Source: an uncultured Candidatus Bathyarchaeia archaeon (GTDB lineage Archaea; Thermoproteota; Bathyarchaeia; 40CM-2-53-6; RBG-13-38-9). Taken from it: DNA of 64,000 bases. Shown here piece by piece: positions 57,780 to 64,000 of this stretch. Under the pieces are notes generated by a model. The model worked only from the letters and a program-made list of their open reading frames with translations, was not told the origin of the DNA and did not search any database. A program made the translations under genes and the position numbers. Position 1 is the stretch's first letter; each line of letters opens with the position of its first letter. The stretch covers positions 26,279 through 90,278 of the forward strand of contig CAYZRW010000005.1 in NCBI GenBank assembly GCA_964480955.1. The letters are read 5' to 3'.

Positions 57780-59207
57780 ATGCTCGATTCTTATAGAGAG
57801 CTTGTGAGGCAAGCTGAAGCCTCGGCTGAGAGAATCCTAGCTGAAATAGCAAACGGTTCTCAGTTATTAGTTGGATATCACTTTGATGCTGACGGAATAG
57901 CCGCCGCCGGAATACTATCAAAATCCCTTTACAGGAAGGGTGCATCATTCCATCTGAGAGCCCTAAAACAGCTAGACCAACAAAATGTCGAACTCCTCTC
58001 GAAATCAGTTTCCGAGACTATGATCTTTACAGACATTGGGAGTGGCTACCTTGATCTTCTTAGAGATCTGACAAAGTCAAAGAACGTCTTCATACTTGAT
58101 CACCACCAAGTCAATGGGGAAAACGATGACAAATTCGTACACGTCAACCCTCACCTATCGGGTATAGATGGAGGTAAGGAGATTAGCGGCGCCGGCGTCT
58201 CTTACATAGTAGCAAAGGCTATGGATGAACAGAATATCGACCTATCTCCATTGGGAGTCGTAGGGTCCATAGGCGATATGCAAGACAAGAACGAAAAAAG
58301 AACGCTCCACGGTTTCAATTCATTCATAGTTGAAGACGCGGTTGAGACAGGTCTTCTCAGGGTTGAGCCGGACCTAATCATTTACGGCAGAGAGACAAGG
58401 CCAATCCACAAGGCTCTGTCACATACAGTGAATCCTTTTCTTCCAGGATTAAGCGGGGAAGAGGATAACTGTCTCGCATTACTGTCTTCACTGTCAATAC
58501 CAATCAAGATCAGTGACAGGTGGAGAACGGTGGTTGAACTCTCTAATGATGAAAAACAGAGAATGGTCTCGGCAATAGTCGAACACGTTACTTCAAAAGG
58601 TTTCGAAGGAGCTGTAGCGATGAACCTGATTGGAAGCGTCTACACTCTCCTCCGAGAGGACAAGTGGACACCTACACGCGACGCTAGGGAGTATGCGACT
58701 CTACTCAACGCATGCGGAAGGATGGATCGACCGGCACTCGCCATAGCCCTCTGTATGGGCGAGCGCGGTGCCACTATCGACGAAGCAAACAGAGTCCTCT
58801 CAGACCATCGAAAGACCCTAGCCAAGTACATGTCTTTGATAAACGAGAAGCCCGAGATAATGGAGAAACTTGAGAGCCTCAGCATAATTCATGGTGAGGA
58901 CTTCCTGAACGAAAACATGACAGGAGCAGTATCCTCTCTATTGTCATCATCCGAGATTCTTGCACTAGATAAGGTAGTAGTCGTATCAGCAATGACGAGA
59001 AACGGTGACATAAAGGTCTCAATCAGGGCCACGGAGAAAATGGTTCAAAAAGGTCTAAACTTGGGCCTCACACTTCAACTCCTTGCCAAGAAATATGAAG
59101 GAACTGGCGGCGGCCACAGAATTGCTGCAGGCGCTCAGATTCCACATTCAAGACTGAGAGAGTTCCTCACGGACTTGAACCGTACGGTCTCAGAGGTGCT
59201 TGGGTAA
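57780..59207 (+). CDS. DHH family phosphoesterase (RecJ/Cdc45-like)
   Basis: HFDADG, DIGSG, LDHH, GDMQ, LNACGR, GGGH. Confidence 0.92.
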   Translation: MLDSYRELVRQAEASAERILAEIANGSQLLVGYHFDADGIAAAGILSKSLYRKGASFHLRALKQLDQQNVELLSKSVSETMIFTDIGSGYLDLLRDLTKSKNVFILDHHQVNGENDDKFVHVNPHLSGIDGGKEISGAGVSYIVAKAMDEQNIDLSPLGVVGSIGDMQDKNEKRTLHGFNSFIVEDAVETGLLRVEPDLIIYGRETRPIHKALSHTVNPFLPGLSGEEDNCLALLSSLSIPIKISDRWRTVVELSNDEKQRMVSAIVEHVTSKGFEGAVAMNLIGSVYTLLREDKWTPTRDAREYATLLNACGRMDRPALAIALCMGERGATIDEANRVLSDHRKTLAKYMSLINEKPEIMEKLESLSIIHGEDFLNENMTGAVSSLLSSSEILALDKVVVVSAMTRNGDIKVSIRATEKMVQKGLNLGLTLQLLAKKYEGTGGGHRIAAGAQIPHSRLREFLTDLNRTVSEVLG

Positions 59208-59461
59208 TGAAGATGACGATCAACATTAGACATCAAAGTGCAAAGATATCAAAGTCCATAGCAAAATCAATCGAACCTGACAATCTCCTCGCTCCATCAA
59301 CCGTAAGGATAAAGACCAAGCGGTGGAGAAATGTTACGGCTACGTCGATAACTTGCAGCGGGAGTCTTGAAACATTCATAGCCACCATAGATGATCTGCT
59401 ATTATGTATGGACGCCGCACGCAAGACGCTGGAGGCAATTAAAGATGAAGAACCAGCTTAG
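59207..59461 (+). CDS. pcc1: KEOPS subunit Pcc1-like
   Basis: 84 aa, SIEPDN, TFIATIDDLL; conserved position after the DHH gene. Confidence 0.75.
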   Translation: MKMTINIRHQSAKISKSIAKSIEPDNLLAPSTVRIKTKRWRNVTATSITCSGSLETFIATIDDLLLCMDAARKTLEAIKDEEPA

Positions 59462-61019
59462 AATGCACGCGATACTTCAGCTAAGGTTCAGTCAAGATGT
59501 CGAAAGAGCAAAACAACTGATCAGCGAAGCTATCGAAGAAGCAAATAGAACAATCCTAATCAAAGGTGCGCCGAAGGGTCAAGAGGATGAAGCTGCGAAG
59601 GTGACTGCTTGGAAGGCCAAGGGCGCTAATCTTGAACTAGAGATCGAGTCCGGAACATTCGTCAGAGCAACTACCGCCGCCTTGAGGCTGAAGAAGCTTC
59701 TAGGAAACATTCTTGGAAAAGAGTGCAAAATCGGCATGAGAGAATTGAAGGTCGAAACCATCGAATTCTCAATCAAGACTGAACATGAAATTGATCAGCA
59801 AGTAGCTAGCAGAATCAGAGCAATCCCGAATGTCTCGAAGCTGGAATACGAGACAGGTAGAGCCAAGATAACAATTGAGGAGATGAGTGAACACGACCTC
59901 AAGAATAATGTTCCTGATAGGATCTTGACCAGAATCAAAGAAATCTTGACCAGGGTCACAAAGCCGACACCTACAGTCGAGGCTCCTCTGATGGTGAAGA
60001 AAGGCAAAATAAAGCAGACCAAGTCTGACAAAGATCCGATGCAAGTGGCAATAGAGCTGGGATGGATCAAAGAGTTCCCAGGGCGGGGACAATGGATCTA
60101 TACGACTCCTTACGCACAACTGTTCACGATCATAAGAAGCATCCTCATAGACGAAGTAGCTCACCACCTGGGCTTCCAACCTTTCATGCTTCCCAAGCTG
60201 ATACCGCTGGAAGTCATGAAGAAGATGCCAGGATACCTGGATGACATCCCCGAAGGGATGTACTACTGCTTTCCGCCGCCAAGAGACCCAGAGGCCTTCA
60301 CAGAATTCAAAGAAAAACTGAAGATAACCAAGGAAATCTCAAAAGAAGAGCTGAAGAAGGCCCTCAAGGATCCTGAGTACGTGCTTGCTCCGGCCCAATG
60401 TGAGCCCTTCTGGCAGTTCTACGGAAGAGAGACCTTGAACCAAGAGAATTATCCTCACAGACTTTACGACGCCTCGGGCTGGACCTACAGATGGGAGGGC
60501 GGTGGCGTCGAGGGTATGGTCAGACTACACGAATTTCAAAGGATCGAACTGACCTACCTTGGAACGCCAAAGCAGGTGGTTGAGATTAGAGACTCAATAT
60601 TAGAGAGGTGCATTCGTGTTGCCGACAAGCTCCTTGACATGGAATGGAGAGTGACGGCAGCAATCCCCTTCTGGGCCCGCGAAGGGGAAGTTGCCGCAAA
60701 CATACACGACAGTGAAACAGTGTCAGCATATGACCTTGAGATATATCTGCCATACAGAGGTGCAAGGGAGACATCCGAATGGCTTGAGGTTGCAGGTTGC
60801 TTCATACACAAACTGAAATTCATAGAGAGCTTTGGCATCCGTGAGATCAAGAATAGGGGGACGTGGACAGGTTGCTCGGGACTCGGCTTGACACGCTGGG
60901 TGTCCGCATTCTTGGCTACCAAAGGATTTGAACCAACAGACTGGCCTAAGGCTGTGGAGGAAAAGTTCAACAAGAACTACACTTTGCCCAAGAGTCTCCT
61001 CTGGCCCCCCAAGAAGTAG
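59445..61019 (+). CDS. serS: Serine--tRNA ligase, methanogen-type (type 2)
   Basis: N-terminal KGAP...IESG.FVRA domain, FPGRGQW, PAQCEPF, RWEGGG, HEFQRIE, WTGCSG. Confidence 0.92.
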   Translation: MKNQLRMHAILQLRFSQDVERAKQLISEAIEEANRTILIKGAPKGQEDEAAKVTAWKAKGANLELEIESGTFVRATTAALRLKKLLGNILGKECKIGMRELKVETIEFSIKTEHEIDQQVASRIRAIPNVSKLEYETGRAKITIEEMSEHDLKNNVPDRILTRIKEILTRVTKPTPTVEAPLMVKKGKIKQTKSDKDPMQVAIELGWIKEFPGRGQWIYTTPYAQLFTIIRSILIDEVAHHLGFQPFMLPKLIPLEVMKKMPGYLDDIPEGMYYCFPPPRDPEAFTEFKEKLKITKEISKEELKKALKDPEYVLAPAQCEPFWQFYGRETLNQENYPHRLYDASGWTYRWEGGGVEGMVRLHEFQRIELTYLGTPKQVVEIRDSILERCIRVADKLLDMEWRVTAAIPFWAREGEVAANIHDSETVSAYDLEIYLPYRGARETSEWLEVAGCFIHKLKFIESFGIREIKNRGTWTGCSGLGLTRWVSAFLATKGFEPTDWPKAVEEKFNKNYTLPKSLLWPPKK

Positions 61020-61227
61020 CCGAGCAGACCGAACCCTGAAGTGATCGACGTTAGACAGTCTAGAGGTGTACCATTTACTCGATACAGAATCGTCATGAAG
61101 AATGGTAGTCTGCCGGGAACTTAACAAAACAGATTCTCTATTCATCGGCCCGAGGTACAAGATGCGACTAGCAAACATTTTAAGTTGGCCTAAGATAGTA
61201 GCTCAATCCCAGATTGAGGTTTAGCAT

Positions 61228-61875
61228 TTGTCAAAAGCTCCAGGAAGGATACGCGATAAATGGCGGATGAAGGAGTGGTATGAAGTATATACTCCCTCTT
61301 ACTTCGGAGAGCTGAACATCGCAAGTATACCCTGCTCAGGCCCCGACAAGTTGGCTGGGAGGGTTGTGGAGAGTACGCTCTATGAGATCACCGGCGACTT
61401 CTCACATCAATCCATCAAGCTCTATTTCTTGGTCCGGGAAGTGAAGGGAACGAGGGTTGATACCCTCCTTAAGGGACATGAGTATTCTACGGACTACCTG
61501 AGAAGCTTGGTACGCAGGGGTAGCTCGAGGATAGATGGTATATTTAGAGTCACGACAAAAGATGGATATACAACTAGAATCTCGGTTGTGGCTTTCGCCA
61601 GGGCTAGGGTAAACATTGCGCAGCAGCGGGCGATCAGACGTATCATGCGGGAGGTTCTTGAAGAGAAAGCAAAGAATTTGACTTATGATCAGCTATGCCA
61701 TGAAATGGTTCTTGGAAGCGTAGCCAAGGCAGGTGTAGGATCAGACATCTACAACCTCGCTAAGAAAATCGCTCCTCTGCGACATATTGGAGTCAGAAAA
61801 TCTAAACTTCTCTCTCTACCAGAAGGTTTGACGGCTGAGGCGGCTGTGGCGGCCCAAGAAGTCCAACAGGCCTAG
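61228..61875 (+). CDS. rps3ae: 30S ribosomal protein eS1 (S3Ae)
   Basis: RDKWRMKEWY, GRVVESTL, DYLRSLVRR, TKDGY, KKIAPLR. Confidence 0.96.
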   Translation: MSKAPGRIRDKWRMKEWYEVYTPSYFGELNIASIPCSGPDKLAGRVVESTLYEITGDFSHQSIKLYFLVREVKGTRVDTLLKGHEYSTDYLRSLVRRGSSRIDGIFRVTTKDGYTTRISVVAFARARVNIAQQRAIRRIMREVLEEKAKNLTYDQLCHEMVLGSVAKAGVGSDIYNLAKKIAPLRHIGVRKSKLLSLPEGLTAEAAVAAQEVQQA

Positions 61876-61986
61876 TCTTAGTCTGCCAAGTTAGATATGG
61901 GCATCAAGGTCTCCCTCAACCCAATCTGATGATAATACATAATAGAGTTGGACTCTCAAAACTCCGGATTGATGCCGTGATGCCCT

Positions 61987-63363
61987 TTGAGGCTGTTTGG
62001 TACGTCCGGTATCCGTGGTATTCCGAATATTGATCTTACCCCAGAGTTCATAGTTAGACTTGGTCTAGCGCTAGCCAATTTTGCGAGGGGGGGAAAAGTA
62101 GCTGTTGGCTACGATACTAGGACATCAAGTCACATGATAGCTTACTCATTGATCGCAGGGTTGTTGGCTGGTGGCTCGGAAGTCAAGAATCTCGGTTTGA
62201 TCCCGACACCAGTCTTGGCATACCTTACCTCAGACATAGGAGCTCAGGTGGGTGCCATGGTGACCGCAAGTCACAACCCCCCAGAGTACAATGGCGTGAA
62301 ACTGTTTGATCGAGATGGCATGGCTTTCAATCACGCCCTCCAGACAGAGATTGAGAGACTCGTGAATTCAACGGATTTGCGACGTGTGAGCTGGAACACC
62401 CTACACGGTGTAGAAACCGTTGACTGCGTTGATCGGTACATAGAGATGATCAGGAGCTTGGTTGTCATAGAAAAAGAATGGAAGGTAGTTGTGGACCCTG
62501 GGTGTGGAGCTGCGCACTCGTTGGGACCGAGACTGCTCCGTGAGCAGGGATGCAAAGTTCTGGCCATCAACGCCCAACCAGACGGATTCTTCCCTGGACG
62601 TGGTCCTGAGCCTACCACTGAATCACTCACCATGCTGTCTAGGACTGTTAAAGAGACTGGTGCTGACGCGGGGATAGCCTACGACGGCGACGCTGACAGG
62701 ATGGCTATTATTGACGAAAACGGAGCGGTTGTACCCATGGACCAACTAATAGCCGCTTACGGTGCGTACTTGGTGTCCTTGGAGAATGAGAAAACAATAG
62801 TCGTCCCGGTAGACGCATCTATCTGCATTGAGGAGAGTGTTGAGAAAGAAGGAGGCATTGTTGTAAGGACGGCCGTTGGCGACGTAAACGTGGCCGAAGC
62901 CGTATTGAAACACAAGGCAGCGCTTGGCGCCGAGGCCAGCGGTGCTTGGATAAACCCAGACTACAGCCTGTGTCCTGATGGCGTTCTCTCAAGTATGTTG
63001 ATACTGGCGGCAGTCTCAAGTAAGCAAATCAATACAACCCTCTCCAAGTTTGTGGGCTTGGTTCCAAGATACCCAATATTGAGAAGCCGAATAACCTGCC
63101 CTGAGGAGCTTAAGATGGCTGTCATGAAGCAACTTCAATCAGAACTCCCTAAGATCATGTCGGAAAAATGTGAGATTCTCACTGTTGACGGCATAAGGGT
63201 TTCTTCCAAAACAGAATGGGTCTTGATACGACCAAGCGGAACTGAGCCAGTACTTAGAGTATCTGTAGAAGCAAGAAACAGCTCAAGAGCAGAATCACTC
63301 ATGCGTAAAGCCACCACGCTGACGCAACACATCATCAAAGGCCTCTCCGGGCGAATGGGCTGA
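61987..63363 (+). CDS. glmM: Phosphoglucosamine mutase / phosphohexomutase
   Basis: LFGTSGIRG, TASHNPPEYNG, DGDADR, RPSGTEP. Confidence 0.9.
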   Translation: MRLFGTSGIRGIPNIDLTPEFIVRLGLALANFARGGKVAVGYDTRTSSHMIAYSLIAGLLAGGSEVKNLGLIPTPVLAYLTSDIGAQVGAMVTASHNPPEYNGVKLFDRDGMAFNHALQTEIERLVNSTDLRRVSWNTLHGVETVDCVDRYIEMIRSLVVIEKEWKVVVDPGCGAAHSLGPRLLREQGCKVLAINAQPDGFFPGRGPEPTTESLTMLSRTVKETGADAGIAYDGDADRMAIIDENGAVVPMDQLIAAYGAYLVSLENEKTIVVPVDASICIEESVEKEGGIVVRTAVGDVNVAEAVLKHKAALGAEASGAWINPDYSLCPDGVLSSMLILAAVSSKQINTTLSKFVGLVPRYPILRSRITCPEELKMAVMKQLQSELPKIMSEKCEILTVDGIRVSSKTEWVLIRPSGTEPVLRVSVEARNSSRAESLMRKATTLTQHIIKGLSGRMG

Positions 63364-63399
63364 GACCTTGGCTAGATCAGCGCTCGCGGGGTTTGGACT

Positions 63400-64000
63400 A
63401 TGAGGGGGGTAATCCTTGCCGCCGGTGAGGGATTACGTCTGAGGCCTCTTACAGAGAACAGACCAAAACATATGATCCCAATAGCAGGTCAACCCCTCCT
63501 TCAACACATCATCGAGGCCTTCAAGAACAGCGGCGTGCACAAGTTCACTCTGGTCGTAGGATATCTCAGAGAGGCTATTGAGCACTACTTCTCTGACGGT
63601 AAGGCCTTAGGAGTCAAGATAGGCTACGTTCACCAACAGAGAATTCAAGGCACAGCTGACGCAGTTGCACAACTGGAGCAACAACTCGAAGAATCACGCT
63701 TTCTTCTATGCTACGGTGACGTATACGTTTCGCCAAGTGCAATCGCGAAAGTCGTAGATCTCTTCAACGACAAATCATTCGACGCAGCAGTCGCAGTTGT
63801 GCCAGTCAAAGACCAAGAACAGTACGGTATGGTAAAGATCGAGGAAGGATATGTGAAAGACATACAAGAGAAACCCGAGAGACGCTCATCAAGCAACTTT
63901 GCCAACGCAGGCGTATACATCCTTGAAAGAAGCATATTCGACGCGGTGAGAAGTACAGCAAGATCCTCAAGGGGAGAACTCGAGCTAACCGACTCAATGG
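63400..64000 (+). CDS. Sugar-phosphate nucleotidyltransferase (GlmU-like), runs off the window
   Basis: Manual translation: MRGVILAAGEGLRLRPLTENRPKHMIP...GTADA...YGD...EKP...NAGVY...RGELELTD. Confidence 0.9.
   Translation, partial: MRGVILAAGEGLRLRPLTENRPKHMIPIAGQPLLQHIIEAFKNSGVHKFTLVVGYLREAIEHYFSDGKALGVKIGYVHQQRIQGTADAVAQLEQQLEESRFLLCYGDVYVSPSAIAKVVDLFNDKSFDAAVAVVPVKDQEQYGMVKIEEGYVKDIQEKPERRSSSNFANAGVYILERSIFDAVRSTARSSRGELELTDSM

Noticed and set aside
51030..57800. attL/attR direct repeats flanking the island
   Set aside because: No shared sequence seen between the rps15 3' end and the recombinase-DHH spacer.
61711..61740. Apparent 5-residue insertion in rps3ae (GSVAKAGVGSD) as a second BHB intron
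   Set aside because: The BHB-like fold CUUG/CAAG would remove 14 nt and break an already open frame, and its outer helix is weak.
1..64000. CRISPR array, tRNA or rRNA genes
   Set aside because: No regularly spaced repeats, cloverleaf or rRNA signatures recognised; heavily intron-split tRNAs could escape manual reading.

Overview
Gene-dense archaeal chromosomal segment, most consistent with a TACK/Bathyarchaeia-like organism (inferred from gene content and order, not from a phylogeny). From left to right it holds: the enolase 3' end, rps2 and MEMO1; an unusually compact ether-lipid cluster (mvk, fni, class II HMG-CoA reductase, DGGGP and GGGP synthases, DUF2070, G1P dehydrogenase); a rearranged translation/KEOPS superoperon (rpl7ae-rps28e-rpl24e-ndk-infB-rps6e-rps24e-rps27ae, an inverted eif2g-PIN-rpoE'-spt4-DUF359 block, kae1-bud32, rdgB); divergent LysW-dependent Arg and Lys operons with two carrier/ligase pairs; an ilv/leu operon; a his operon and pheA; a decayed ~6.7 kb accessory island splitting the rps15-DHH-pcc1-serS-rps3ae block; and glmM plus a partial nucleotidyltransferase. 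Two RNA-level systems stand out. (1) The essential infB (aIF5B) gene is broken inside its GHVDHGKT P-loop by a 38-nt stop-containing insert that folds into a canonical bulge-helix-bulge, and the predicted cut sites restore the frame exactly, i.e. a candidate tRNA-endonuclease-spliced mRNA intron. (2) The ilv/leu operon is preceded by a 32-codon leader ORF ending in 12 of 13 Ile/Leu/Val codons, followed by two mutually exclusive hairpins, i.e. a candidate ribosome-mediated attenuator in an archaeon. No tRNA, rRNA or CRISPR array was recognised. All folds and motifs were read by eye.
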